The notes under the pieces are model-generated. The model saw only the letters and a list, made by a program, of their open reading frames with translations. It did no database searches and was not told the DNA's origin. Source: an uncultured beta proteobacterium (GTDB taxonomy: Bacteria; Pseudomonadota; Gammaproteobacteria; Burkholderiales; Casimicrobiaceae). From it: 64,000 nucleotides of DNA. This document shows, piece by piece, positions 20,890-33,566 of this stretch. Position numbers and translations under genes: made by a program. The DNA is taken from positions 22,554 to 86,553 of the forward strand of contig CAWIOY010000001.1 in NCBI GenBank assembly GCA_963837845.1, written 5' to 3'. Each line of letters starts with the position of its first letter. Position 1 is the first letter of the stretch.

Positions 20890-22206
20890 TCAGGCGGCCT
20901 GCAGGCGTTCCTGCCACTGCCTGGCGCGGGCGGCAAGGTCGGCTTCGTCGAGCGCGGCGAGCGAGCCGGATTTGACCAGCTGTTCGCCGGCGATCCACAC
21001 GTCGCTCACCTGGTCGCGCCCGGCGACGTGCACCAGGTGCGAAAGCGGATCGTAACAGGGCGAATGCTGGAACGCGCCCAAGTTGACGCCGACCACGTCG
21101 GCCTGCTTGCCCGGCTGCAGGGAGCCTAATTGCGCCTCGAGGCCGAGCGCCATCGCGCCGCCGAGTGTAGCCATGCGCAGCGCGATTGCCGCCGGCAGCG
21201 CCGCCGCGTCGCCGGTGGCGATCTTGGCCACCAGCGAGGCCAGGCGCATTTCGGCGAGCACGTCGAGGCGATTGTTGCTCGCCGCGCCGTCGCTGCCGAG
21301 GGCGACGTTGACGCCGCAAGCCTGCAGGCGCACCACCGGCGCGAGGCCGCTCGCGAGCTTGAGGTTCGAGGCCGGACAGTGCACGACCTGGCAGCCTTGC
21401 GTGGCGAGCAGCTCGATGTCCGAATCGAGCAGGTGCACCGCGTGCACGGCGATGAAATTAGCCCCGGTGGCGCCGAGCCGGTCGAGGCGGGCGAGCGGGC
21501 TCATGCCATGGCGCTCAAGGCCCTGCTCGAGTTCGGCGCGGGTCTCCTGCACATGGGTCTGGATCGGCAGATCGATCTGCCGCGCATAGACGACGATCTT
21601 CTCCCAGCTCGCGTCGCCCACGGTGTACGGCGCATGCGGCGCGAGCGCAAAGGTCAGCCGCGCCTCGTGCTTCCAGCTGTCGCGCGCGGCGAGCCCGGCC
21701 TGCAGGTAGGCATCGGCATCGGCGGCGTAGGGGGTCGGGAAGTCGAGCACCGGCAGGCCGATGAAGGCGCGCAGGCCGCTCTGCTTGTAGGCGCGTGCCG
21801 CCGCGTCGGGAAAGAAATACTGATCGGCGCAGCAGGTGACGCCGCCGAGCAGCATTTCGCCGGCGGCGATGAGCGTGCCGTCGTGCACGAACTCCGGCGA
21901 CAGGAAGCGCGCCTCGCGCGGCCAGATGTGCTGCTCCAGCCAGTCCTTGAGCGCGAGGTCGTCGGCGATGCCGCGCAGCAGCGTCATCGCCGCGTGCGTG
22001 TGCGCGTTGACCAGGCCCGGCAGCAGCACGTGGGTGGGCAGCAGCACGCGCGCGCGCGCGGTGTAATCGCGCTCCGCCGCTGCCGCCGGCAGCAGCGCGA
22101 CGATGCGGCCGCCGTCGATGATGAGCGCGTGCTGCTCCAGCACCCCGGAAGGCTCGACCGGAACGATCCAGCGGGCGTCGAGGCGAAGGTCGACCGCGGT
22201 GGGCAT
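20890..22206 (-). CDS. mtaD: TRZ/ATZ-family amidohydrolase, 5'-methylthioadenosine/S-adenosylhomocysteine deaminase-like
   Basis: 438-aa ORF with metal motif [14 protein letters not shown], plus HVQET, AVHAVH and GSDGAASNN. Sits next to ubiG. Confidence 0.75.
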   Translation of the reverse strand: MPTAVDLRLDARWIVPVEPSGVLEQHALIIDGGRIVALLPAAAAERDYTARARVLLPTHVLLPGLVNAHTHAAMTLLRGIADDLALKDWLEQHIWPREARFLSPEFVHDGTLIAAGEMLLGGVTCCADQYFFPDAAARAYKQSGLRAFIGLPVLDFPTPYAADADAYLQAGLAARDSWKHEARLTFALAPHAPYTVGDASWEKIVVYARQIDLPIQTHVQETRAELEQGLERHGMSPLARLDRLGATGANFIAVHAVHLLDSDIELLATQGCQVVHCPASNLKLASGLAPVVRLQACGVNVALGSDGAASNNRLDVLAEMRLASLVAKIATGDAAALPAAIALRMATLGGAMALGLEAQLGSLQPGKQADVVGVNLGAFQHSPCYDPLSHLVHVAGRDQVSDVWIAGEQLVKSGSLAALDEADLAARARQWQERLQAA

Positions 22207-22210
22207 GGTA

Positions 22211-22240
22211 GAAAAAAGCCCCGCGCGAGGCGGGGCTTTT
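22211..22240 (-). terminator. Rho-independent terminator downstream of the OmpA-family gene
   Basis: The minus strand reads AAAAGCCCCGC-CTCGC-GCGGGGCTTTTTT: an 8-bp GC stem followed by a T6 tract, 45 nt after the stop at 22285. Confidence 0.75.
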
Positions 22241-22284
22241 GCAGTGAGCGAGAGAAGCTCAGCGCTAGGTAATGAGCGCGCTCT

Positions 22285-23007
22285 TTACTTGACGACGGCC
22301 TCGCCCTTGACTTCGACCTCGACGCGACGGTCAGGCGCGTAGCACTCGATGCGCGCCTTGCGTTCCTTCTGGTGGCAGACCAAGCCCGGTACCGGCTGTG
22401 TCTTGCCCATGCCCAGCGTCTCGATCTTGTCCTTGGCGACGCCCTTCGACACCAGGTAGTCGCGCACCGCGTCCGCACGGCGCTCGGAGAGCTTCTGGTT
22501 GTACGCCTGGGTGCCGATCGGATCGGTGTGACCGGTCACGAGGATCAGTTCGAGCTTAGTCACGTTCCTGAGCTTCGAGATCACCTCGGTGTCGATCGCA
22601 GTCTTGCCTTCGGGCTTGAGCACTGCCTTGTCAAAGTCGAACAGCGCCTTGGTCGCCAGCGTGATCTTCTGCAATCCCGGCGCGGGCGGCGGTGCCGGCG
22701 GCGGGGGAGGCGGCGGCGCGGGCGGGGTCATCGGCGGCGGCGCCGGCTTCTTCACCAGGTCCGGATCGCATTCGATGATCGCCATCGCCGGAGTCCAGTA
22801 ACCGGTTCTCCAGCACAATCTGTCGTTCACTCCCGGCGTGCCGCCATACGCGCCGCTGCGCCAGACATTGGCATCGGGCTTGCCATAGCCGAACAGGACG
22901 TAGCCGCTGTTCTGGGGATTGGCCTGGCCAAACGCGGCCGACCACAGCGTGGCTGCCGCCGCGCCGGTCACTATGGTTGCAATCAGACGAAGTCTCATCA
23001 GTTTCAC
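22285..23007 (-). CDS. OmpA-family peptidoglycan-associated protein with a proline-rich hinge
   Basis: Signal peptide MKLMRLRLIATIVTGAAAATLWSAAFG. Hinge KKPAPPPMTPPAPPPPPPPAPPPAPG. OmpA_C motifs FDFDKAVLKPEG, VTGHTDPIGTQAYNQKLSERRA. Confidence 0.88.
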   Translation of the reverse strand: MKLMRLRLIATIVTGAAAATLWSAAFGQANPQNSGYVLFGYGKPDANVWRSGAYGGTPGVNDRLCWRTGYWTPAMAIIECDPDLVKKPAPPPMTPPAPPPPPPPAPPPAPGLQKITLATKALFDFDKAVLKPEGKTAIDTEVISKLRNVTKLELILVTGHTDPIGTQAYNQKLSERRADAVRDYLVSKGVAKDKIETLGMGKTQPVPGLVCHQKERKARIECYAPDRRVEVEVKGEAVVK

Positions 23008-23319
23008 CCCTTTGCTTAAAGTTATCGTGGCTTACCCGCTTCTTTTGATCTGATACAGCTACTCTGAACGCGGCCGACGGCCAAGCGCGCTTTGCGCTCG
23101 ACTATAGCATAGGGATTATTGGGGCTGCAAAGATTCCCGCAACAGAAGCTTGCAGGGTGTCGCGCGAATACAACGGTCATGATAAAATATGTCATTTTCC
23201 GCTCGCGGCGCCGTGTCGATGGCCAAGGGCGCTGCAACGAGCTTCTGCGCGCCCTACGCCATGGCGATCGGGCCCGTAGCGCTTTTCATTCTTTCATTCG
23301 ATAAAGAGCACCCTCCCTG

Positions 23320-25878
<2,559 letters not shown>

Positions 25879-25928
25879 GTTCGAACAGCACGCGGCCGCC
25901 GCGCTTCGCGTGGCACCGGCGATGACTC

Positions 25929-27014
25929 ATGGCCGACACCGACAAGGGCAACGCAGGGGACTTGACCGCCCACCGCAGCGCGATCGACGCACTCGATCGC
26001 GAACTGCTGCGGTTGTTGTCCGAGCGGGCACGCCACGCGCAGGCGATCGGCGCGCTCAAGAACGGGCCGGCGTATCGGCCCGAACGCGAGGCGCAGGTGC
26101 TGCGCCACGTCCAGCTCAACAACCCCGGGCCGCTGTCCGACGCCGCGGTCGGTCGGGTGTTTCGCGAGGTCATGTCGGCCTGCCTCGCGTTGGAGCAGAA
26201 GCTCTCGGTCGCCTACCTGGGGCCGGCCGGCACCTTCAGCCACGCCGCGGTGACGCGGCATTTCGGCGACGCGGTGGTCGCCGAGCCCTGCGCCTCGATC
26301 GACGAGGTGTTCCGCGCGGCCGAAGCAGGGCGCGCCGATTATGCGATCGTCCCGGTCGAGAACTCCACCGAGGGCGTGGTGGGGCGCACGCTCGATCTGA
26401 TGTGCCAGACGCCGCTGACCATCGTCGGCGAGATCAAGCTGCGCATCCGCCAGAGCCTGCTCGCCCGCGGCGTCGCCCTCGAGGCGGTGACCCGGGTCTA
26501 TTCGCACGCCCAGTCGCTCGCCCAGTGCGCGCAGTGGCTCTCGCGCAACCTGCCCTCGGCCGCCCGTGTGGCGGTGGCGAGCAACGCCGAGGCGGCGCGC
26601 CTGGCCGCCGCCGAGCCCGGCGCGGCGGCCATCGCCGCCGATGCCGCCGCGGCGATCTACGGCCTCGATATTCTCGCCGCGCACATCGAGGACGAGCCCA
26701 ACAACACGACCCGCTTCTGGGTGCTCGGTGCGCATGCCGTGCCGCCGTCGGGCAAGGATGAAACCTCGCTGGTGATGGCGGCGCAGAACAAGCCGGGCGC
26801 CATGGTGGCGCTGCTCGAGCCCTTCGCCCGGCATGGAGTGAGCATGTCGCGGCTCGAGTCGCGGCCGGCGCGCACCGGCCTGTGGGAATACCTGTTCTTC
26901 GTCGATCTCGAGGGCCACCAGGACGATCCGGCCGTCGCCGCCGCGCTCGCCGACCTGCGCCACAAGGCGCCGTTTCTCAAGCTGCTGGGTTCGTACCCGG
27001 CGGCGCTGGCGTGA
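25929..27014 (+). CDS. pheA: Bifunctional chorismate mutase / prephenate dehydratase (P-protein)
   Basis: CM domain (IDALDRELLRLLSERA), PDT domain (VAYLGPAGTFSH...VPVENSTEG) and ACT domain (ESRP...WEYLFFVDLEGH). Confidence 0.93.
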   Translation: MADTDKGNAGDLTAHRSAIDALDRELLRLLSERARHAQAIGALKNGPAYRPEREAQVLRHVQLNNPGPLSDAAVGRVFREVMSACLALEQKLSVAYLGPAGTFSHAAVTRHFGDAVVAEPCASIDEVFRAAEAGRADYAIVPVENSTEGVVGRTLDLMCQTPLTIVGEIKLRIRQSLLARGVALEAVTRVYSHAQSLAQCAQWLSRNLPSAARVAVASNAEAARLAAAEPGAAAIAADAAAAIYGLDILAAHIEDEPNNTTRFWVLGAHAVPPSGKDETSLVMAAQNKPGAMVALLEPFARHGVSMSRLESRPARTGLWEYLFFVDLEGHQDDPAVAAALADLRHKAPFLKLLGSYPAALA

Positions 27015-28160
27015 AGCCCGCTCCGCCCATGCCGGCGCCAGGCGCGGCCGCGGCGGCGGCGCAGATCGCCGCCCAGGCGCCCGATTACGTGCGCCAAATC
27101 GCGCCCTACGTTCCGGGCAAGCCGATCGCGGAGCTCGCGCGCGAATACGGGCTGCCCGAGACGGCGATCGTCAAGCTCGCATCCAACGAGAATCCGCGCG
27201 GTCCCAGCGAGAGGGTGCGCGCGGCGATCGCGGCGGCCGCCGCCGACATCACGCGCTACCCCGACGGCAACGGCTTTGCCCTGAAAACGGCGCTGGCGCG
27301 CGCAGTTCGGCGTCGGCCGCGAGCAAATCGTGCTCGGCAACGGCTCGAACGACGTGCTGGAGCTGGTGGCGCAGGCCTTCCTGCACCCGGGAGACTGTGC
27401 CGTCTACAGCCGGCACGCCTTCGCCGTCTATCCCCTGGCGACGCAGGCGCGCGGGGCCACCGGCATCGAGGTCGCGGCGCGCGATTACGGCCACGACCTC
27501 GAGGCCATGCGCGCGGCGATCACGCCGCGCACCCGGGTGGTCTTTGTGGCCAATCCGAACAACCCCACCGGGACGTGGCTCGCGCCGGCGGCGATCAAGG
27601 CGTTTCTGGGCGGGCTGCCGCGCACGGTGCTCTTGGTGCTCGACGAGGCCTACGACGAGTACCTCGAGGGCCAAGACCGCTCGCCTTCGCTGAGCTGGCT
27701 CCCCGAGCACCCCAACCTGGTCGTCTCGCGCACCTTTTCCAAGGCCTACGGGCTGGCCGGCCTGCGCATTGGATACGGCCTGATGGACGCCTCGGTGTGT
27801 GCCCTGCTCGAGCGCGTCCGGCAACCGTTCAATGTCAATTCGGTCGCCCAGGCGGCGGCGCTCGCGGCGCTCGCCGACGCCGATTACCTGGCCCGCAGCG
27901 CGGCGGAAAACCGCGCCGGATTGCGCGCCCTTTGCGCCGCGCTCGACGCCATGGGCGTGGGCTATGTCCGGTCGCACGGCAATTTTCTGCTCGTCCACGT
28001 CGGCGACGCGGCGCAGGTCTACGAGCGCCTGCTGCGCCAGGGCGTGATCGTGCGCCCGGTGGCCAATTACGGCCTGCCGCAGCACCTGCGCGTCACCGTC
28101 GGCCTGCCCGCGGAGAACGAGCGCTTCATCGCCGCGCTCCGGTCGGCGCTGGGCCGATGA
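27011..28160 (+). pseudogene. hisC: Histidinol-phosphate / aromatic aminotransferase (HisC family) with one frame change near 27298
   Basis: The N-terminus (APYVPGKPIAELAREYGLPETAIVKLASNENPRGPS...YPDGNGFALKTALA) is in the frame of ORF 26882..29059. The rest (...FGVGREQIVLGNGSNDVLE...SRTFSKAYGLAGLRIGY...) is in ORF 27330..28160. GTGA overlap with the pheA stop. Confidence 0.85.
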
Positions 28161-29059
28161 CCTCCGTCCAGATCGGCAAGCTCGTCGTCGTCGGTGTCGG
28201 CCTGGTCGGCGGCTCCTTCGCGCTGGCGCTCAAGCGGGCCGGAGTGACGCGGACCGTGGTCGGGGTCGGGCGCAGCCGCGGCAACCTCGCGGCGGCCGGG
28301 CGCCGGGGCATCGTCGACCGCGCCTTCACGCTCGACGAGGCGTGGACGGCGGAGCTCGCCGACGCCGACCTGGTGCTGCTCGCCACCCCCGTCGGGCAGA
28401 TGCACTCGCTGTTCGCCACGATCGCCCCCGCGCTCGGAGCGCACACCGTGCTCACCGATGCCGGCAGCACCAAGCAGGACGTGGTCGCGGCGGCGCGCGC
28501 CGCGCTGGGCGGCGCGCTGCCGCGCTTCGTGCCGGGGCACCCGATTGCCGGCACCGAGCACTCCGGCGCCGGCGCGGCCTTCGAGGCGCTGTTCCGCGAC
28601 AAGCAGGTGGTGTTGACGCCGCTTGCCGAGACCGATGCCGAGGCGCTGTCGCGGGTCGGCGCGTGCTGGACGCGCTGCGGCGCGGTGGTGCGCCACCTCG
28701 ACCCGCTGCGCCATGACGCGATCTTCGCCGCGGTGAGCCACCTGCCGCATGCGCTCGCCTTCGTGCTGATGGCCGAGCTCGCCGCCCGTCCCGATGCCGA
28801 GCAATGCCTGGCCCTGGCCGGCAGCGGATTGCGCGACTTCACCCGCCTGGCGAGCAGCCAGCCGGAGATGTGGCGCGACGTCTGTCTTGCCAACCGCGAT
28901 CTGCTGCGCCGCGAGCTCTCCGCCTATCGCGACCAACTCGGCCGCGTCGATGCCCTGCTCGCGCAGGCCGACGGCGCGGCGCTGTTGCGCCTCTTCGAGC
29001 GTGCGCGCGAGGCGCGCGAAGGCTGGCTCGAGCGCGCCCGCGGCGGCGACGAAGTCTAG
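28157..29059 (+). CDS. tyrA: Prephenate dehydrogenase
   Basis: ATGA overlap with the hisC stop. [25 protein letters not shown] (Rossmann fold), TDAGSTK and [11 protein letters not shown]. Confidence 0.9.
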   Translation: MTSVQIGKLVVVGVGLVGGSFALALKRAGVTRTVVGVGRSRGNLAAAGRRGIVDRAFTLDEAWTAELADADLVLLATPVGQMHSLFATIAPALGAHTVLTDAGSTKQDVVAAARAALGGALPRFVPGHPIAGTEHSGAGAAFEALFRDKQVVLTPLAETDAEALSRVGACWTRCGAVVRHLDPLRHDAIFAAVSHLPHALAFVLMAELAARPDAEQCLALAGSGLRDFTRLASSQPEMWRDVCLANRDLLRRELSAYRDQLGRVDALLAQADGAALLRLFERAREAREGWLERARGGDEV

Positions 29060-29085
29060 GCCCGAGCTGCTGCGGCGGTCTTAGG

Positions 29086-30366
29086 ATGGACCACCTCGAT
29101 CTGTCGCCGGTTGCCCGAATGGCAGGCAACGTGCGGCTGCCCGGATCGAAGAGCATTTCCAACCGCACGCTGCTGTTGTGCGCGCTTGCCCGCGGCGACA
29201 CCGAGGTCGTGGGCCTGCTCGATGCCGACGATGTCGAGGTCATGCTCGGCGCCCTGCACTCGCTCGGCGTGGGCATCGAGGGTCGGCACACGCAGGAGCT
29301 CGCCGTGCGCGGCAGCGGGGGAGCGTTCGCCGTCAAGCGTGCAGAGCTCTTCCTGGGCAACGCCGGAACCGCCTTCCGGCCGCTGACGGCCGCCCTGGCG
29401 CTGTGCGGCGGCAATTACCGGCTCTGCGGCGTGGCGCGCATGCACGAGCGGCCGATCGGCGATCTCGTCGACGCGCTGCGCAGTCTCGGCGCAGACATCC
29501 GTTACCTTGGCAAGGAAGGCTATCCGCCGCTCGCGATCGGCCCCGGACACGTGCATCGGCGCGATCGGGTCGAAATCAGCGGCGCGACCTCAAGCCAGTT
29601 CGTAAGCGCGCTGCTCATGGCGCTGCCGCTCGCCGGCGGCGGCGCCTTGGTCGAGATCACCGGCGGGCTCATCTCCGAACCGTACGTGGAGATCACGCGC
29701 AACCTGATGGCGCGCTTCGGCGTGGCCGTGGCTTGGGACGGGCCGGGGCGCCTGCGCGTGCCGGCAGCCGAGGGCTACCGCAGCCCGGGGCGCATCCGCG
29801 TCGAAGGCGACGCCTCTTCGGCGTCGTACTTCCTGGCCGCCGGGGCGATCGGCGGCGGGCCGGTGCGGGTGGAAGGGGTCGGCACGGACAGCCTCCAGGG
29901 GGACGTGGGATTTGCCGACACGCTCTCGGCGATGGGCGCGGTGGTCAGCCGCGGGGCCGACTGGATCGAGGTCTCCGGACAGCGGCCGCTGCGCCCGGTC
30001 GATGCCGACTTCAAGCGCATGCCCGATGCGGCCATGACCGCGGCCATGGTGGCGCTGTTCGCGCAAGGCAAGTCGACCCTGCGCAACATCGGCAGCTGGC
30101 GGGTGAAAGAGACCGATCGCATTGCCGCCATGGCCGCCGAGCTCTCCAAGCTTGGGGCCGAAGTCGAAGCCGGCCCCGACTGGCTTTCGATCACGCCGCC
30201 GGAGCGGCTGCTGCCGGCGAGCATCGACACCTACGACGACCACCGCATGGCGATGTGCTTCGCGCTCGCCGCGCTCGGCGGGGTCGCCGTGCGCATCAAC
30301 GACCCGGGATGCGTGCGCAAGACCTTTCCGGACTACTTCGCCGTGCTCTCGAGCCTCGCCCGATGA
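29086..30366 (+). CDS. aroA: 3-phosphoshikimate 1-carboxyvinyltransferase (EPSP synthase)
   Basis: Internal ATG ([31 protein letters not shown]...) of ORF 28804..30366. Motifs [11 protein letters not shown] and [10 protein letters not shown]. Confidence 0.93.
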   Translation: MDHLDLSPVARMAGNVRLPGSKSISNRTLLLCALARGDTEVVGLLDADDVEVMLGALHSLGVGIEGRHTQELAVRGSGGAFAVKRAELFLGNAGTAFRPLTAALALCGGNYRLCGVARMHERPIGDLVDALRSLGADIRYLGKEGYPPLAIGPGHVHRRDRVEISGATSSQFVSALLMALPLAGGGALVEITGGLISEPYVEITRNLMARFGVAVAWDGPGRLRVPAAEGYRSPGRIRVEGDASSASYFLAAGAIGGGPVRVEGVGTDSLQGDVGFADTLSAMGAVVSRGADWIEVSGQRPLRPVDADFKRMPDAAMTAAMVALFAQGKSTLRNIGSWRVKETDRIAAMAAELSKLGAEVEAGPDWLSITPPERLLPASIDTYDDHRMAMCFALAALGGVAVRINDPGCVRKTFPDYFAVLSSLAR

Positions 30367-31043
30367 GCGGCGCGCCGCCACCGGTGATCGCCGTCGACGG
30401 TCCGGCCGCTTCCGGGAAGGGGACCATCGCCCAGGGCGTGGCCGCAGGCCTGCACTTCCACTACCTCGACAGCGGTGCGCTCTACCGCCTGGTCGCCTAC
30501 CAGGCGCTCCAGGCCGGGATCGGGCTCGACGACGAAGCAGGGCTCGCCGCGGCTGGCGCGGAGCTGCCGAGCGCGTTCGAAGGCGGGCGCATCCTGCTCG
30601 CCGGGTCCGACGTGACCAACGCCATCCGGGCCCCGGCGGTGAGCGCCGCCGCGTCCCGGGTCGCCGTGCACCCGCGGGTTCGCCTGGCGCTGCTCGCGCG
30701 GCAGCGCTCGTTCCGCCGCGCACCGGGACTGGTGGCGGACGGGCGCGACATGGGAACGGTGGTATTCCCGGACGCCCGGCTCAAGGTCTATGTCACCGCC
30801 AGCGCCGAGGAGCGGGCGAGGCGCCGGCATAAGCAGTTGATAGAAAAAGGAAACTCCGTTACACTTGCGAGTCTTTTGCGTGACATCCAGGAACGGGATG
30901 CGCGCGACAGAACAAGGGCGGCAGCGCCGCTAGCGCAGGCTGCCGACGCGATCATCCTCGATACCACCGGGATGTCGATCGCGGCGAGCATCGCGTTCGT
31001 GTTGGGGCGCTACCGCGAACTCGACGCGGCCGGAGCGCCCTAG
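30363..31043 (+). CDS. cmk: (d)CMP kinase
   Basis: ATGA overlap with aro[15 protein letters not shown]-loop, [12 protein letters not shown] and [10 protein letters not shown]. Confidence 0.92.
   Translation: MSGAPPPVIAVDGPAASGKGTIAQGVAAGLHFHYLDSGALYRLVAYQALQAGIGLDDEAGLAAAGAELPSAFEGGRILLAGSDVTNAIRAPAVSAAASRVAVHPRVRLALLARQRSFRRAPGLVADGRDMGTVVFPDARLKVYVTASAEERARRRHKQLIEKGNSVTLASLLRDIQERDARDRTRAAAPLAQAADAIILDTTGMSIAASIAFVLGRYRELDAAGAP
30837..30865 (+). promoter_or_regulatory. Candidate sigma70-type promoter inside cmk, oriented toward rpsA
   Basis: TTGATA-N17-TACACT lies inside a conspicuously AT-rich ~65-nt patch of the cmk coding sequence, about 360 nt upstream of the rpsA ATG. Confidence 0.35.
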
Positions 31044-31224
31044 CGGCACCCTGGCGCGAGGCGCGGCGCCTGGCGCAGCAGCAGCAAGTCGAAACGACGA
31101 GGCATCGAGCAACGAGCACGCCGTCGCGCGGAGCAACACCGGGACCTGCCGCGCGAAGGCAACGATCCACTACCCGCCGCCAACCCGTGGCGCGGACGAA
31201 GCGACAGGAAAGCGACAACTACCC

Positions 31225-32946
31225 ATGGCAACTGCCAGCACCAACCCACCCGCCCAGGCACCGGAAAACTTTGCCGCGCTGTTCGAGGAATCGCTCGCGC
31301 GCCAGGAGATGCGCCAAGGCGAGCTCATCACCGCCGAAGTGACCCGCGTCGACTACAACATCGTCGTCGTCAACGCCGGGCTCAAATCGGAAAGCTTCAT
31401 CCCCATCGAGGAATTCAAGAACGACAAGGGCGAAGTCGAGGTCAAGCCCGGAGATTTCGTCACCGTGGCCATCGAGAGCCTCGAGGACGGCTACGGCGAG
31501 ACGCGGCTGTCGCGCGACAAGGCCAAGCGCCTGAAGGCCTGGCACGACCTCGAGGCGGCGATGGAGCAGGGCAACGTCGTGCAGGGCCTGGTCACCGGCA
31601 AGGTCAAGGGCGGCCTGACGGTCATGGTCAACGGCATTCGCGCCTTCCTGCCCGGTTCGCTGGTCGACATCCGGCCGGTCAAGGACACCACTCCGTTCGA
31701 GGGCAAGCCGCTCGAATTCAAGGTCATCAAGCTCGATCGCAAGCGCAACAACGTGGTGGTGTCGCGGCGCGCCGTGCTCGAGGCGAGCCTGGGCGCCGAG
31801 CGCGAGGAGCTGCTCAAGACGCTGCAGGAAGGGGCGATCGTCAAGGGCGTGGTCAAGAACATCACCGATTACGGCGCGTTCGTCGACTTAGGCGGCATCG
31901 ACGGCCTGCTGCATATCACCGACCTGGCCTGGCGCCGGGTGAAGCATCCGTCCGAAGTGCTGTCGGTGGGTGACGAGGTGACCGCGAAGGTGCTCAAGTT
32001 CGACCAGGAGAAGAACCGCGTGTCGCTGGGCATGAAGCAGCTCGGCGAGGATCCCTGGGTCGGGCTGTCGCGGCGCTATCCGACCGGCACGCGCCTGTTC
32101 GGCAAGGTCACCAACCTCACCGATTACGGCGCCTTCGTCGAGATCGAGCAGGGCATCGAGGGCCTCGTTCACGTCTCGGAAATGGACTGGACGAACAAGA
32201 ACATCCATCCGACCAAGGTCGTGCAGCTGGGCGACGAGGTCGAGGTCATGATCCTGGAAATCGACGAGGAGCGGCGCCGCATCTCCCTCGGCATGAAGCA
32301 GTGCATGCCCAATCCGTGGGAGGAGTTCGCCATGAACCACAAGAAGGGCGACAAGGTGAAGGGCCTGATCAAGTCGATCACCGACTTCGGCGTGTTCATC
32401 GGCCTGCCCGGGGCGATCGACGGCCTGGTGCACCTGTCGGACCTGTCGTGGACGCTGCCCGGCGAAGCCGCGGTGCGCGACTACCGCAAGGGCCAGGAAG
32501 TCGAGGCGGTGGTGCTGGCGATCGACGTCGAGCGCGAGCGCATCTCGCTGGGCATCAAGCAGCTCGATGGCGACCCGTTCTCCAACTACGTCGCCACCCA
32601 CGACAAGGGCAACGTGGTCACCGGCACGGTCAAGTCGCTCGACGGCAAGGGCGCGGTGATCGTGCTCGACGGCGATGTCGAGGGCTACCTGCGGGCCTCG
32701 GAAGTGGCGCGTGACCGGGTCGAGGACATCCGCTCTCACCTCAAGGAAGGCGATTCGGTGACGGCGATGATCATCAACATCGATCGCAAGAACCGCTCCA
32801 TCAATCTTTCGATCAAGGCAAAGGACCATGCCGAAGAGGCCGAAGCGATGCAGCGCATGAGTGCGGAGAATTCCGGCGCCAGCGCCGGGACGACCAACCT
32901 CGGCGCGCTGCTCAAGGCCAAGCTCGACAACAAGAGTCAAGGGTAA
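31225..32946 (+). CDS. rpsA: 30S ribosomal protein S1
   Basis: 573-aa ORF with six S1 repeats (e.g. [31 protein letters not shown]). Confidence 0.97.
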   Translation: MATASTNPPAQAPENFAALFEESLARQEMRQGELITAEVTRVDYNIVVVNAGLKSESFIPIEEFKNDKGEVEVKPGDFVTVAIESLEDGYGETRLSRDKAKRLKAWHDLEAAMEQGNVVQGLVTGKVKGGLTVMVNGIRAFLPGSLVDIRPVKDTTPFEGKPLEFKVIKLDRKRNNVVVSRRAVLEASLGAEREELLKTLQEGAIVKGVVKNITDYGAFVDLGGIDGLLHITDLAWRRVKHPSEVLSVGDEVTAKVLKFDQEKNRVSLGMKQLGEDPWVGLSRRYPTGTRLFGKVTNLTDYGAFVEIEQGIEGLVHVSEMDWTNKNIHPTKVVQLGDEVEVMILEIDEERRRISLGMKQCMPNPWEEFAMNHKKGDKVKGLIKSITDFGVFIGLPGAIDGLVHLSDLSWTLPGEAAVRDYRKGQEVEAVVLAIDVERERISLGIKQLDGDPFSNYVATHDKGNVVTGTVKSLDGKGAVIVLDGDVEGYLRASEVARDRVEDIRSHLKEGDSVTAMIINIDRKNRSINLSIKAKDHAEEAEAMQRMSAENSGASAGTTNLGALLKAKLDNKSQG

Positions 32947-32954
32947 GCGAGCCC

Positions 32955-33245
32955 GTGATGACCAAATCGGAGCTGATCGACCGCCTGGCGGCGCAGTTCC
33001 CGCAATTGGTAGCCAAAGACGCCGAGCTGGCGGTGAAGATGATCCTCGACGCCATGGCCGAGAGCCTGGCCAAGGGCGAGAGGATCGAGATCCGCGGCTT
33101 CGGCAGCTTCGGGCTCAACTACCGGCCGCCGCGGACCGGACGCAATCCGAAGTCCGGCGAGCGAGTGCAGGTGCCCGAAAAGCACGTTCCGCACTTCAAG
33201 GCCGGCAAGGAATTGCGCGAGCGCGTCGATTTCAAGAAGAGTTGA
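32955..33245 (+). CDS. ihfB: Integration host factor subunit beta
   Basis: [11 protein letters not shown]...[45 protein letters not shown]. Confidence 0.95.
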   Translation: MMTKSELIDRLAAQFPQLVAKDAELAVKMILDAMAESLAKGERIEIRGFGSFGLNYRPPRTGRNPKSGERVQVPEKHVPHFKAGKELRERVDFKKS

Positions 33246-33270
33246 TGGCTGACCTCGGAGCCCGGCCCTG

Positions 33271-33552
33271 ATGGCGTTTGCCCGCTGGACGGTCGGGGTC
33301 GCGGTGTTCGCGGCCCTGCTGCTCTTGTCGCTGCAGAATTCCGATCTGGTGACGGTTCGCTTCTACCAGTGGTTCTCCTGGCAGGCGCCGCTCATCATCC
33401 TGCTCTTGATCGCCTTCGCGACCGGCCTGTTGGCCGGCCTGCTCGCCGGGCTCATCCGGGTCGGGCGGCTCAAGCGCCAGCTCTCGCGCCTGCGCAAGGA
33501 GCAGCGCCGCGGGCCCGCCACGCAGCCGCAGCATCCGGTCGATGACGGCTGA
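33271..33552 (+). CDS. lapA: Lipopolysaccharide assembly protein LapA (DUF1049/YciS-like) small inner-membrane protein
   Basis: 93 aa with two TM helices, then a basic tail (RLKRQLSRLRKEQRR). Located immediately upstream of lapB. Confidence 0.7.
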   Translation: MAFARWTVGVAVFAALLLLSLQNSDLVTVRFYQWFSWQAPLIILLLIAFATGLLAGLLAGLIRVGRLKRQLSRLRKEQRRGPATQPQHPVDDG

Positions 33553-33566
33553 GCCTCCCGCCGGCC

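Noticed and set aside
22680-22760. GC-rich GGCGGCGG-type repetitive DNA that could be mistaken for a tandem repeat/VNTR
   Set aside because: It is the coding sequence of the proline-rich hinge (PPAPPPPPPPAPPPAP) of the OmpA-family protein, read on the opposite strand.
26882-29059. Single 725-aa ORF spanning hisC and tyrA
   Set aside because: It is a composite: the HisC N-terminus, then about 285 codons of an open off-frame, then TyrA. The real HisC body is in ORF 27330..28160. See the hisC frameshift finding.
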